A stretch of DNA of 60,928 bases, the filler included. It is 11 parts of 11 records of this genome, joined end to end, with 100 filler letters (N's around TTAATTAATTAA, not from the genome) between each part and the next. Parts side by side here need not be neighbours in the genome. Positions count along the whole stretch, not along the records: positions 1 to 9,731 come from SRR7504441_10436; positions 9,832 to 18,591 come from SRR7504441_10444; 9 more parts are not named here. One strand, given 5' to 3'. The notes under the pieces are model-generated. The model had not been told where the DNA came from and made no database searches. It worked only from the letters and a program-made list of their open reading frames with translations. Shown here one piece after another: positions 1-13,000 of the stretch (positions are counted from its first letter, which is position 1; each line of letters starts with the position of its first letter). A program made the position numbers and the translations under genes.

Positions 1-54
1 CTAAGCACTGCGAGGCAGAGCGTGATTGCCGATCGATTACACTTTGTGCTTCAG

Positions 55-3000
55 GTGACGATCGTTTCAACTGCCATTTGAAGGGAGCTGAGCAGCACTG
101 CCGATATCTCCTACCAAACTGCGGGTTTCGCTCCCATCCACGCTGTAAGACGTACTATCAACGCCCATTGGAACTGGGCAAGAATCACTGGACCAAAAAC
201 CGAGTTGCCTTCTCAGGCAACAAAGCCGAAGTCGAAGCAGCCTGCAACGAAAACAGTGACTGCGTTGGCTACACTCAGCCTCAGGTCACCGATCAAGATT
301 CGTGGGTGGTGTTTTGCAGGCAACGCAGGCAGGCATGGCCTGGTCCGTTTGGCCCGGCACTGGATCTATGCATGCGAACTGTCGATATCAATCCGGACGC
401 CGTTTACAAGCTGCTGTACACTAAACCAACTGCCAGTGAGCAACGTCCGTATTGGCATACAATCGCCTCAGTCGCCTCGCATTCACCAACGAGGCTAGTA
501 GTGCCATCAAAATTCCAGACGCCGCGGCAGCATGCCGAGACGAGCTTCGATGTTCATGTTGGTCCCAACGAACACCCTGATGAATGCTCACACAAGACTG
601 TGTATTTACCCTCCAGCCTCGCACTCGTTTGTCCTTCCTTCGTTGATTTCTTTGGTCGGCGCTTTGAAGTCGCGGTCTCTGGCTCTGCACTCACCGTAAG
701 ACCAGCCGGCGTGCATTGTGCTGGTTGGTCTGAGGATCTTGTTGTCACTTGCCAACTGCCGTTTAGCAGCCGAGCGTCAGCAACAGGCCGGCCCCGATAT
801 ATTAGCACGTCCATGGGCTCTTACTCCACGCACAGTTCATTGTCGCAAGAATCACACTGCCCGAGCGTGAGCTGCCCAGCTGGGCCAAACAGCCCTCTCG
901 CTCTGGTCGCTTGCAACTCCACAGAAGCGCAACACTTGCGACTTCCGGCCCAAGGAACAATTGGACCCATTATGCTCAGAAACGAGTCGCTGTGCCTGAC
1001 GATCGTGTGCGACAAAGCGCCCTGCTATGTCACTCCCCGGCTGACCAGGATGTGGCAGTTCAACGCAGAGAATGCCACAAAGACAACCGGCGTTCCGAGC
1101 AGCGATGGCTGGAATCTGTGGCGCAACGGCGAGCTCTTTGGAGTAACCGACGTTCCTGTAGCCGGTAGCTACGTCATCTCTGCGCGAGTGTACGCCAACC
1201 AGGCGGGGGACGAACTGGCTCGCTCCCAGTTGATGGTAGATGGTGCTGCTGTTGCATCTTTTGACGTGAAAGCCGATTCTGCGAGTGCCATGGAGATCAT
1301 TTCAGCGACCCTTCACCTGGAGCCCGGGTTTCATCGAATCTCCGTGACGTTCGAGAACGACTTTTACAAGCCGGACCTGGGACTCGACCGGAATCTCATT
1401 GTCGAGTGGCTCAAAGTGGAACTCAGAGGGACAGAGCCACAGCAGGGTCCATCTGTCAGAGTGACAGCGTGTGGCGACAGCCCGCAGCTATTTGAGGTAG
1501 GTCGCGATGGCCGCATTCGTGCCTTTGGGATGGCTTGGATGAAGCAGCCGGTGCTGTCCCAGTTGCCGCACATCGCAGTCTCCTCCTGGTGCCTTGGGGT
1601 GGGCGCTGGCGCCCTAATGCTTGAGCCTTGCTCGGTGTATACCATCCTCGGTGCTTCAGAGATTCCACGGTCAGTGGGAGAGTTACCAGAGTACCCGGAC
1701 AGTGCATCCAACTGCGACTTGCAGTGCTACCTAAGACGATACCCCGAGCTGTGTGGCAACAGGAGCCACTGTGTGCAGGGAGAGCATAATTACTTTGTTG
1801 CTTGGTACAATGCCAGCGAATTCCCAGTCAGCGGTTCCAGCTTTGGTTCTTCTACAGACGCCGAGAGTGTGTTCTTTGCGCTTGTCGGCGGCAATCTCCC
1901 GGCTCTACTCTGGGACAAAGCGTCAAACCAGATGCGCGAGTATCTGGCGACGCCAGCAGAAGCGGCTACAATGATGCAGTGGGTTCTTCTGCAAGTGCTC
2001 CCTCACCTTGATAAACCGAAGTTGGATTTGCTCACCTCACAGCCATGTGTGAGGGTCTGTCCCCCAGCCACAGAGCTGCCTGCGCCTCTCGTGAAAGTGA
2101 GCGACTCATTCTGCTTTGATGGGCGGGGCGAGCTAACAGGATCACTGGAGCATACTGCGGTAGCTCAGCCACTCGCTGGCCGGGGCGAGCGTGGGGGCAG
2201 GTATTTGAGGCTGGGTGCTCTAGCAGCTCCCCGGTGGCGACCAGAGCCAGCTGCCACCGATTATGCCCTGCAGAGTTTCCAGTCCCACTCGGATCTCCAA
2301 TGCGCGGCTGTCGGAAGCATGGTAGTCTTAGCACCTCTTTTGATTGGTGTGCATTTAACCTGACCCAAGGCCAGCCGCTGTGCCGGCTGGTTCTTGCCTC
2401 CGGATCTCACTGCTCGGTCACTGCGTGGTCGCCACCCGGACTCAACTTGAAAGTGCACAGACTCAAAGCACCCAACATGGCGTGTGGCCACGGTTTAGTA
2501 CCAAGATTGCAAACAAGCTGCAAACGTGGAGAGATGTACACGTACTCTGCCTGCGGGCTTGAAGATGACACAGATGATGCTTTGGCAGAATTGCGTGATT
2601 CGGCCGTGCCAAGCTTGCTAGACCTTTGCTGGGAGGACCCTGGGGCAATTGTATTAGAGTTCGACAGGCAAGTCGAATCTGCCGCCGATGATGATTCGGT
2701 ATACACGCCGAGTGCGTCGCTGCTTTCGATTCAAGGCAGCATTGTGCGTGTTGGCATCAGCTCGACAGATTCATTCAAGCATGCGCTCCAAGTGAAGGCT
2801 TCAGCCTTCAAATCGACCGTGTCTGGTCGAGGCACTGAATTTTTGGATATCTCTTTGATCAGGAAGTGCCTTTCCGAGTCGGGAAATGAATCCGGGAGCG
2901 CGATGAAGTGGATCATACTGTCATGCCTGGGCCTGGCTGGTCTGGTGGTTCTGTTACTTGCATCGGTGCTTCTACTCAAGCGGCACTGGGCTGTAATTCG

Positions 3001-6000
3001 GCGCTGCTGGGTACGAGATGGTATGGAGCTGCAGCATGTGGAGCTCGACGAGCTCAATGAGGACGCCGCCAGAGCTGCCGAGGTAGAGTTGAGCTCCCCA
3101 AAAAACAAAATTGCGAGCCCTGAGGCCGATTTGGCCGCTCTGGTTGACACTTCGCCGAACCTTCGCGACGATGGGGGTAGCGAAGGGGAACCGTCTGAAA
3201 CGCCACAAAGAGTGCTCAAGGCACTTTGGTTCACCTCGCTGATGCTCCGCCGCCCACGGCTTTGCTTTGGGGCTGTTGTAATCAGTTATGCCATTGTGTG
3301 GCTACTAGTGATTCTCGGCAACAATGCATCTCTGCACGTGGAAATGGGGCTGGATGGCTTTCTGGCGGACGATGCTGTGGCCGAGCACGCCCAAGTTGTA
3401 GGAACGGTGGAGAGTCTGACCAACGCCGATGCCTACCGTGCAGAGTTGGGAAGCCGACGCGCACACCACATCAGAGCCTATGATACGTGGACACTGTCGG
3501 TGTTTTATAAGTACGATGGCGACGACATCTTCGAGGACAGCAACTATGAGGCTCGAATGTCAGAAATCATCCAGACCGAAGCGGCGATTACAGGCTTTGC
3601 TGGCTACGACAGGTTCTGCATGCAAGTCTGGACAACAGACATGAGCGCACCTGCTTGCGCACTGCCGCTCTCTGTGGTCCCGTTACTTACGCTGTCGTCC
3701 AAGAGCACGGCGATACCAGCTCAGCTGATGAAAGCGATCATAACAAGACTTGGACTGTACGGTCTGGTCGAGAAGGGATTCACTCCCAAGAACCCCAAGA
3801 CAAAGGTCTTAAAATCTGTCTTCCGCTTCTCTCCTGCTTGGAGTTCCGGCTACAGGGGCACGGAAGATGAGAACAAAAACTTTGCCGAGTGGGTTGCAAA
3901 GGTGGCGGACACCATCAAAGATCGTCACATTAGCGGCGTTAAGATCCTGATTGGAGGCAGCTATGTCACCAAGAGCGAGATCGATGGCTACATCCTACAC
4001 GATGCCCTCATGGGCATAGCGAGCATGGGCTTGTGCTTTATGTGACAATAGCTATAATCTTGGTACAGGTGGATAACCATGTCGGCAGGTACATGCTGTG
4101 GCATATCAACGATTGGTTTATTGCATCTGCTGCATTTATTCAGATGCTCATGTCTTTCCCGATCACGTGGTGTTAGCCTTTGCAGTACTCGTTTTCTTAC
4201 TCTCTGCTTGCAGGCTGGTGTATCTCCACATTCTGCAGGAATCGTATGTCGGAGTGCTGGACCTACTGAGCCTGTTCATCTGCATTGCAATCGGCGTGGA
4301 CGACGTTTTTGTGTTTCATGACGCGTGGACGAAGGCACAGATCCTGCCCACAGTGGAAGAGAGGCTCGGGTTCACTTACCGTAAAGCCGGCATCGCGATG
4401 CTCATCACATCCACAACAACAGCGATGGCGTTCTGTGCCAATATGACCAGTTCAATACCTGCGATACGGTCATTTGGCTCGCTTCTGGGTGTCCTGGTAA
4501 TCGTCAACTATATCCTGGTTGTCACGGCATATCCAAGTGTTATTGCTTTCAGGCACCAGGTAATGGGCGCCAAGCCGGCTACGTCGACAGAGGCCCAGGA
4601 CACAACTGACCTTGCGACTCCAGGCTCATCAGAATATCACGAGGTAGGCCCAGATACCAAGAGCGATCACGAGCCATCCACTGAGCCAGCACACAGCATC
4701 ATGGATGGCCCAGCAGACCAATACGAAGACAAGCAAGAGGAACAGGGGCCGAATGCCCTCGCCCAGGCTCATGAGACGAATGATCTGGATACGAGCACGA
4801 CAGCGGGATATGCTGTGGTGGTCGCTGCCAGTCCCAATGAACGTGCCGAAGTGCAACAGGCTGAGCATCCGCCCGAAAGCCCCGGCTCAACTCGATGGGC
4901 TGCCTACCGTGAGCGCATTAGTGACCGCCTTGACTGCATCGCCAGCACAGCGGTTGAATGCATTTGCTACAAACACCGGATCGCGCTATCTATCTTGTTT
5001 CTGGTGCTGGTGTGCATTGCATTGGCGCTCATCACGCAGATGCCGTTCGCCCACCAAACAACGCAGCTCTTTGCAGATGACACCGATGTGCAGCAGTTCA
5101 TCAATCTCGACAAAAAGGCCTTCCTGAGTCAGGGTGCGAACCCAAACGCAAATAAGGACATTCTGAGCGCGGCTAAAGACGCGGTGGGCGGGGCTATTGC
5201 TGCTGCAGGCGGTGACTTCAACCTTGACCCGGGAGACTTCCAGCCGGGGGAAGCAAAGCCGCAGATTGATCTCACAGGACTGATGGAACTAGAAGAGAAA
5301 CCGCCCCCAGAGGACAAGGACACGTGCCAAGTTCACATCGTCTGGGGATCTGCCGGGGTGGAGGGAGCCAGTACGGGATCTGACAGCGGGCTCGTAGTTG
5401 AACGCCAGTTGCTCTTCCAACCAAATTTCGATGTGACCCATGAGCAGGCACGAAGCGACCTATAATGAACTTAAGTGCGGTCAGGTGCAAGGCCATTTGG
5501 ATTGGGCCTGCGAGCACCTGCGTGAGAGCGAGCTGCTGATTGAGACTGGCGATCCGTTCGTCGTGTGCCCGATGTCTGAGTTCAAACACTGGCTGCAGCA
5601 GCACCAGATTGAGTTTCCAGTGCCTCGGCGGGACTTCACTCGCCTGTTCTACCAGTTTTGGAAGGTCAGTTCTTGAACGAGACTTGTCTTACCTTCTGTC
5701 TACGCAGGTGCACCATCAATTCATTCGGATCAATGGGACCCAGCGGATCAACTATAGGCGGATAGGAGGAGCTTTGATGGCAGAAGCCGAGATACGGCGA
5801 GTCTTGTTTATGCAAGCGATTGTGCAGAGTCGGGTCCAGGCAAGTCGAGGTACCCCCAGCTTAGAGGCTTGTCGACGGGCGGGAGCAGGCAGCTCGTGGG
5901 ATCTGCTGGAAGATTATGATCGTTGGCAATCCCAACTCGACCAAATCAACCAGCGGGCTGAGCAACTTGGGATAAAAGGCGCTTCAGCCTTCCAGAGCTG

Positions 6001-6707
6001 CCAAGACTGGAAGCTGATGGACACTGAGGTGCGAGCAGTCCGAGGGATCGTGCTGGCGGTCTCAGTCTCGTCCGTGTTTGGCGCGTTGAGTATCTATTTC
6101 TTTATTGGGAACGTCAAGGTGGCCCTGGTCTCTGTGTGTGCCATGGTGGGGATTGTCACACTGACGTTCGGGAGCTTGGCCCTGACTGGCGGGGAGCTTG
6201 GGATCGTCGAGGCACTCACCATGTCGATGCTGATTGGACTGTCAGTCGACTATGTGAGTGTTCCACCCTTGCCCTGGGCCTGCCTGTGACGGTCTGCAGG
6301 TGATTCACATGGCGGACTCTTACGTCGAGTGTGGCGCCTCCTCGATTTTGATCCATCACGAGGACGGCACTGAGCCCAGATTCATCGCTGATAAGCAGAC
6401 CCGAGCTGCGACAGCACTAAGTTACATGGGAGGCACCATCATGCACTCGGCGGCAACCACCTTGCTAGCTTGCTCAATCTTGGTGCTCTCCTACTCGACG
6501 ATTCTGTACCAGGTGGGGGCCATCATCTGCTTGAACATCATGTCCGGGTGTGTCGTGTCACTGGTGTTCTACCCAGCGGTCTTGAGCTCGATCGGACCGT
6601 CAAGAATGTCGCATTCGAGCGAACCAGCGACCATTGCAGCTAGAGCAGGGTTTGCAGTAACGTTTATTGTGCTTGTGGTGGTCACGTACAGCCTCATAAA
6701 ACTATAG
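55..6707 (+). CDS. Dispatched/Patched-family (RND, sterol-sensing domain) membrane protein with a large N-terminal ectodomain (ricin-like and CBM60-like modules); 5'-partial, multi-exon
   Basis: ORFs 78-2363, 2234-4045, 4098-5465, 5440-5676, 5540-6289 and 6258-6707 join through short introns (e.g. 2201-2244, 5448-5484). TM4 motif IAIGVDDVFVFHDAW; RKAGIAMLITSTTTAMAF; TM10 motif IGLSVDY|VIHMADSY. NDFY...DRNLIVEWLKV module at about 1105-1425. Confidence 0.8.
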
Positions 6708-7118
6708 GTAAACAGTTAACTATCGATCTCCACAATTCAAACACAACGTATTTAAACGAACCATATCTAGATGCGCGAGCCGTGCCGCACGCGGCCGCAG
6801 GCCGCGCGTAGCCCGGACCCACGTCCGTCATGATGCTAATGAGGCTCCGTTTTTGGCTAGATCGCAAGTTCGTAAGCTTACATGATTGTATTGTAGTCAA
6901 TACAAGCATTGAGGCGCAATAGAGGCGCAATTCACTTGAGCGGCCTCCCTTGCCTTGATATTGCCTTGATGCAATAAGTGCAAATCAGTGCATAATAAAT
7001 CATCATTCAATACTAAGCAAGCTTATGAACCTAAGTCTATAATCATGCACTAGGAAGCTAGAGTCTGTCACGTCTAGTCACGTCTGGCCCCATCTTGGCT
7101 ACACAGCTTTGCCGCCTT

Positions 7119-9731
7119 TTAAGGTTTAGCCGGAGGGCCATCCAAAAGCGAGCCAGTCAAAAATGCCTTGAGCACTGCCACTTTCTTCTTGAGCCTGGCC
7201 ATCTCCCGCCCAGTGGATACAATCTTTCCTTTCACTTCCACAATCGTGCTCTTGCGGTTCTTGATGTCCTGCTCAATTTCGGCCACGTGAGTATTGATCT
7301 GATTGATCGCCTCCTCCGACGATGCTTGCTTGGCTTGTGCATGGGCAATCTTAGCCTTAGCCTCGGATGTTTGAGCCCGGCGCTGTGCCTGGTCTTGGGC
7401 TAGTTGGTCGGTCACTTTGTCCAGCAGCTGCTTGTGTTGCTCCACTGTGCCCTGCATCCGCTTGACCTTCTCCTTCAGCTGCACCACCTCGGCCTTGAGC
7501 TGCTTCTCCTTGTTCGCCTGCTTCTCCTTCTCGGCCTTGGCCTGCGACTCCGCCTTTCCTGCGCTGGCCACACCAGCCTGCAGCTGTCCGAGCTCCTCCT
7601 TGCTTCGGTCGATCCGCTGTTCGAGTCCGGCCAGCTTGAGCTGCTCGTCCTCCGACTGCTTGCCGGCCTGCAGTGCATTTGCCTCCAGCTCTGCGTTCTC
7701 CTGCTCGAGTCCGGCCTGCTTGCGACGCGCCGCCTCCACAGCCACCTTGCCCTCTGCTCTGGCTTTCTCAACCGCGCCTTCCGCGCTCATCACCGCTTTC
7801 TGCTGCTCTTGGTTGTCATTCCGGGCCTTCAACAGCGCTTGCTTTGCCTTCTGCAGCGCAGCTTGCGATGTCTGCGATTGGTCGGTGTACTGTGAGAGCA
7901 ATCCTGCCACCTGCTTTTGTTCCTCCTCACTGTTGGTCAGCTGGGCCTTGCTTTTGGCGAGCTCCTCAGCCAGCTTGTTGCTTTGGGCCTTGGCCTGAGC
8001 CAGCTGCGACCTGCGCTGCTCGAGTGAAGCTAACCGGATTTGGGTTTCACTCCTGAGCCTGTGAGCCTCCTCCTGGGCTTGGTCCTGCTTGGCCGCGGCA
8101 GCAAACTGCTTGGCCTTGGCGTCCTGAGCTGCCTTCCGCTCGGCAGTCAGCCTAGCCTGCTGCTTGTCGATATCAGCCCTCAGTTGCTCACGGGCGCGGA
8201 CATGCTCGTCTGCGATCCCCTTCTCCTTCTGGATGGCAAGCTCTGCTGATTCCTCATCTGCGCTCTCCTTGGACAGTTGCTGGCTGCTGGCGTCCTCTTT
8301 GGCCTTGGAGCTCATCTCAAGGCTGCCCAGCGCTTGCTTGTCCGCGCTCACCTTTGCCCTCAGCTGTTCGACCTCGCGTGTGATCTCACGCTCCTTTACT
8401 TTGTCCTCAAGGATCGTCTGCTTGAGCTGCTTGGCTGTCTGGCTCGCATCCGCCTGCTTGAGCTGCTTGGCTGTCTTGCTGATCAGCGCAGCCTTCTGCC
8501 GTTCGGCCTCTTGCTTGCTGCTCAGTGCGAGCACCTTGGCCTCCAGCTTGGCTTGGTTGGCTTGCTCCCGCTTCAGCTCGGCTGTCTGTTGCTGCACCTG
8601 CAGCAGCCGCGCCCGCAGCCTCTTCTGGGCCTCCGACAGCTGGTCTCGCGCTGTCTGGGCGTCCAGCACCGCCGCCTTGGCCTGTCGCTGGTTCTCGTCG
8701 GCTGCCACTTTGCTCTTGCTCACCTCTGCGGCGCTCTGCTCGGTCTGTTGGCTGATGGCTGCCTGCTTGGCCGCTAGCTCTGCTTGCTGGTCACGCGCTT
8801 GCTTGAGCTGGTCGTCGGTCGCCTTGTCCTTGGCCTGGAGCGCCGCCAGCTGCCCGCTCACGTCTGCCAGCTGCATCTTATCGAGCGTCGAAGCTTCGTG
8901 TGCCTTGAGTTGCATCTCTCTGGCCTGATCAAGCTCACTCCTCAGATCCCCGCTCCCCGACTCCTCCTGCCTGAGCAGGCTAGACTCCTTTGAGATGATC
9001 TTCTGCGAGCGCTTGATTTGCTCCTTCAACGCCGCGATCTTGGCGCTGTTTGCATCCTGCTGCGCCTGCAGTGTCTGCACCCTCTCGGAGGCGGCGCCGT
9101 CGTCGGCCAACAGCTTGGCCAGTTCGGTGGCTTGCTTCCGCTTGCGCAGTTCGACTGCCTGGAGCTGCTTCTCGAGGGAGCCCTCCTTGGAGTCGAGCGC
9201 CCCGTCCGATTTTCCGGTCGAGGCGAGCGCGGCTTTGGTCTCTGTGAGTTGTTCACCGAGGCTCTCCTGTTGCTGCTCGAGCTGCTGGACGGCATCCGAC
9301 CCGAGCTTGAGCTTGTTGCTGCTCTGGGCCTGCGAGTCCTGAAGCGCCTTGAGCTTGCCAGCCAGCTGGGCGATCTGACGCTTTTCCTTATTGATCTCAG
9401 CCCTGGCGAGCGTGATCTGCGTGTCGACTTTGCCGCCCTCCACCTGAATGATCTGCGCCACGTTCTGCTTGACCGCCTCCTTGCCCTCCTTGGCCGCGGC
9501 CGCCTCCTGCATCTGGAGCGTCTTCACCTGCTCAGCTCGCTTCTTCTGCTTGGCTGCATCCTCAGCCTCCTTGGCCTTGATGTCAGTCAGCTCCGCCTGC
9601 AGCTTGGCTTCCTTCTTCTCGACCAGCACTTTCTGCTTGCCCTCGCTCTGGAGCAGCTGCTTCATCTTGCCTTCCACCTTCTGGGCATACTTCTTCATCT
9701 TGCCAATAGAGCCCTGCCTCAGTGCCTCCAT
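7119..9731 (-). CDS. Long coiled-coil protein (Q/K/E/A-rich), probably 5'-partial
   Basis: 870-aa uninterrupted ORF with heptad-like composition; runs to the contig edge; TAA stop followed by an AT-rich spacer. Confidence 0.75.
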   Translation of the reverse strand: MEALRQGSIGKMKKYAQKVEGKMKQLLQSEGKQKVLVEKKEAKLQAELTDIKAKEAEDAAKQKKRAEQVKTLQMQEAAAAKEGKEAVKQNVAQIIQVEGGKVDTQITLARAEINKEKRQIAQLAGKLKALQDSQAQSSNKLKLGSDAVQQLEQQQESLGEQLTETKAALASTGKSDGALDSKEGSLEKQLQAVELRKRKQATELAKLLADDGAASERVQTLQAQQDANSAKIAALKEQIKRSQKIISKESSLLRQEESGSGDLRSELDQAREMQLKAHEASTLDKMQLADVSGQLAALQAKDKATDDQLKQARDQQAELAAKQAAISQQTEQSAAEVSKSKVAADENQRQAKAAVLDAQTARDQLSEAQKRLRARLLQVQQQTAELKREQANQAKLEAKVLALSSKQEAERQKAALISKTAKQLKQADASQTAKQLKQTILEDKVKEREITREVEQLRAKVSADKQALGSLEMSSKAKEDASSQQLSKESADEESAELAIQKEKGIADEHVRAREQLRADIDKQQARLTAERKAAQDAKAKQFAAAAKQDQAQEEAHRLRSETQIRLASLEQRRSQLAQAKAQSNKLAEELAKSKAQLTNSEEEQKQVAGLLSQYTDQSQTSQAALQKAKQALLKARNDNQEQQKAVMSAEGAVEKARAEGKVAVEAARRKQAGLEQENAELEANALQAGKQSEDEQLKLAGLEQRIDRSKEELGQLQAGVASAGKAESQAKAEKEKQANKEKQLKAEVVQLKEKVKRMQGTVEQHKQLLDKVTDQLAQDQAQRRAQTSEAKAKIAHAQAKQASSEEAINQINTHVAEIEQDIKNRKSTIVEVKGKIVSTGREMARLKKKVAVLKAFLTGSLLDGPPAKP

Positions 9732-9831
9732 NNNNNNNNNNNNNNNNNNNNNNNNNNNNNNNNNNNNNNNNNNNNTTAATTAATTAANNNNNNNNNNNNN
9801 NNNNNNNNNNNNNNNNNNNNNNNNNNNNNNN
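9732..9831. other. Artificial contig linker
   Basis: N44-TTAATTAATTAA-N44 (stops in all six frames), identical at ten sites. Confidence 0.99.
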
Positions 9832-10052
9832 TCAAGGGGACACTTGTAAATACTCGTAGAGTCCGGCATAACCAACTTCTAAGACAGCTGTAAATAGAGC
9901 CAACACGTGCCGCTCTCGTCGATTGACTTAATAACGTACGTATTCTGATTAAACATCCCGACCCGACGCCTCTACAGTATGTACACGCAAGCTAAGATTT
10001 CTTGCATTAGCCGACAGGGCCCTGGATAACGGACGCTCGAGGATCAACAGCG

Positions 10053-13000
10053 ATGTGGACCACCACCCTGGTGCTGCTTTGCTTGCTGCTCCAGTGCGGC
10101 TCAGCAGCCATCGCGCTGAGCGCAGGTGGCATTGCCCTCAGCCTGGACCCAGCCTCGCTCAGCTACAGCGTCAGCGTCGGGGGCGTGGCCTGGTTCACCT
10201 CGCGAGACCAAGGATATAGCTACAGCGCAGACGGCCAGCTCTTCGCGCTCGCTGACAAGTCGCTGCACAACTTGACCGGCCCGGTCCGGTCCGCGGGCAC
10301 CGATGCAGCTGGTGCCTACGAGAGCCTCCGGATCGACTGGGCCCGCAACTCTTCCTCTTCGCCCAGTCCAGAGTGGGTCACGACATTCAAGCTTTACAGC
10401 CGGAGCAGCGCTCTGGTATTCGAGCAGAGCTGGCCCTCGGGCCTGAGCGGTACCCGCGGCTCAAGTTTCCCGGTACTTTTCCAGGCGAGCAATGGTGTGG
10501 AGCAGCTGGGTGCGTTGGAGTACACCGGCTCATCGTGCGGGTTCATGGTAGCAGCTAAGGGGAGCTTTCCAGGAATCAGTGGAGGCAGCGGTAAGGGCTA
10601 CATCGTGCTCACGCCACGGGATCAACAGGGCACTGGCGCCAACGCCTCCGTCGCAATTGGACCCGTCACGGAGCACTTTGCAAACCAAGCCCGGAACGGT
10701 GGCGACCATCTGATCTATGGCATGGCCCCGAGCTTCAGCTTTGTACCAAAACGCTATACAATCGAGACCGTGCTGACCGCCTCCACGCTCAACAACGGGA
10801 AACAGCCGATAACCGATGGGCCATGGGCATCCGTTCGTCCCGGCGGGGTGAACGCCGCCTTGCTGCAGTATGGTGATTTCGTATTGCAACGCCATAATAA
10901 GACCCGCGCGCGAGGCGACCACAGGATTGAGGTATGCTACACCGCTAGCATCAATCATTTGACGCTTGTGTGCAGACGGCATATCTCGGATATAGCACCA
11001 CGGCGTTCTATTTCTACAACCTGTGTGACTGCAAAGACAAGCCTGCTCCGACTGCAAAGTCGGGTGGCAAGCCGGATGCACACAACCGCCAGAGTTGCAG
11101 CGCGGAGGGCTCCGAGATACCAAAGCGGCTGCTTCAAGATGCATCGACGCCGGGAGTGTGCAGCAGCTATGCCGACTCGCTGATTGCTGTGAATGCTGGG
11201 CTCAAGGAGCAAGGAATCCAAGTGAAGCACTTCCTTCTCGACTCGTGGTGGTATGGTGAAGGGTGGAATGGCGGTGCTGCTTACTGGGAAGACATTCCAG
11301 CGTGCACCGGCAATGACACTAGCCAAGAGCCTGATGCATACCCAGCCGACACCTTTCCACTCGGACTGCAGGCATTCCACAAGACAATCGGGCTGGACAA
11401 GGCGATCTGGGTGCACAATGGAGAGTGGAATACTGTGTCACCCTATCGCAGGGCCTATCCGTTTGCGCACAATGAGGAGCATGGCCCGCCGCAGGGACGA
11501 GAACTGTGGGATCACCTGTTTAGCAAGAACAAGCAGTGGGGTCTAGGGACTATCAAGCAGGACCATGTCGGCAGTCAGATCAGCAAGACCCGATCGTCCT
11601 TCACCAACGTATCTGTGCTCAAGAGCTGGATGACAGGCATGGGTGAGGCCGCAGCTGATAACGATGTAGGTGTCCTCTACTGCTGCGCGCCGCCAAATGT
11701 TCACATGAATGGGGTGACAGTGCCTGCAGCCTATGCGGTGCGAGCCTCACCCGATTATGTCTGGGGGGCTGGAGGGAATGCGATTAAGCTTCCGACAGTG
11801 CAATGGGCAATAGGGCCAGACAATGCATTCCACTGGAACGGCCTAGGCCTGCTACCATACAAGGACACCTTCATCTCAAACAGTAGCTCCACACAGCGCT
11901 CCGGTGACTGGTCGAATGATCCAAAGGACTGGCCATCCTTCAAGGGGTACCACGAGACCAATGCTGCTACTCATGCCTTAATGTCTCTGCTCTCGATGGC
12001 ACATGTCACGTTCGGCGATGCTGCTGGAGAGTCCAACAAGACGCTGCTGATGCAGCTGGCTCGTGATGACGGATTGCTGCTCAAGGCCGATAGGCCAGCC
12101 ACTGCAATCGACGCGCAATTTCAGGTACGTGCACACTGGTGCTTCCGCTTGAGCCTGGTGTGATCGGTGCTGTGTAGGCAATGCTCTTCAACGCCTGGCC
12201 AGGGAGCGATCCAGGTCCCTCACCAGACCACGGATCGCTCTTTACAGCTGCATGCGACCCATCGAACCCGCTGCAACAATTTGCATATACTGGCAACTCA
12301 ACGCACCCTGGGGTTTTCAAACTCGCTGCCCTCGGGGAGAGGCAAGGCTGCATTGATGTGTCTGGCTGCAGCAACAGAATCGGAGCAGCGGTTCGTGTCT
12401 ACAACAACACGCTAGGTGCATGTGGTAGTACGAGCGTGTGCAGCGGCATCAACGAGCTATGGACGCTTGCAGAGAACAACGACGGTCCCGGTGGTCGGCG
12501 CCAGGTGACGCTGCTGTCAGGCTTGAGCTCGAGATCGCAGCCGCTGTGCCTTGAAATACAAGGAGGTGGCGGCCAGCTGGTGCGTTGTGATCCGCGCGCA
12601 GCACCACAGGGCTGGTTCCCCTCTACATCCCACCCATCCTCGCAGCCCTTCAGCCTGAGCACCACTGATCATGATGATGCGATGTGCCTTACTGCCGCGC
12701 TACCCACCAGCAGCCATTCGGACATCAAGCGCAGCGGTGTCAACGGCGCCTTCGCATTTGCTACTGAAGAGGCTCAGCAGGAGCTTGCAGCACAACTATT
12801 CCCTCCAGACGCATCGCTCTCCTCAGGCTACCGAGCCGCTTATACCCAATCGGCTGGACTGATGGAGCAGATCTCTCACAAGCAGCGCGCCCTCAATGAT
12901 GTCTGCGAGGGTGAGTATGGCTCGCCTCAGGGCCCATTGGGCGAGGTATATTCTACACACACGACAGTGCCTGGGGCTCAGCCAGCCAGCAGCTACACCT

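Noticed and set aside
55-6707. Evidence for a Hedgehog pathway
   Set aside because: No Hedge or Hint domain seen; Dispatched/Patched-like RND proteins are widespread in protists.
7095-9783. Long + strand ORFs opposite the coiled-coil gene, and similar antisense ORFs throughout
   Set aside because: Shadow ORFs expected from GC-rich, biased codon usage; Leu/Ser/Cys-rich with no motifs.
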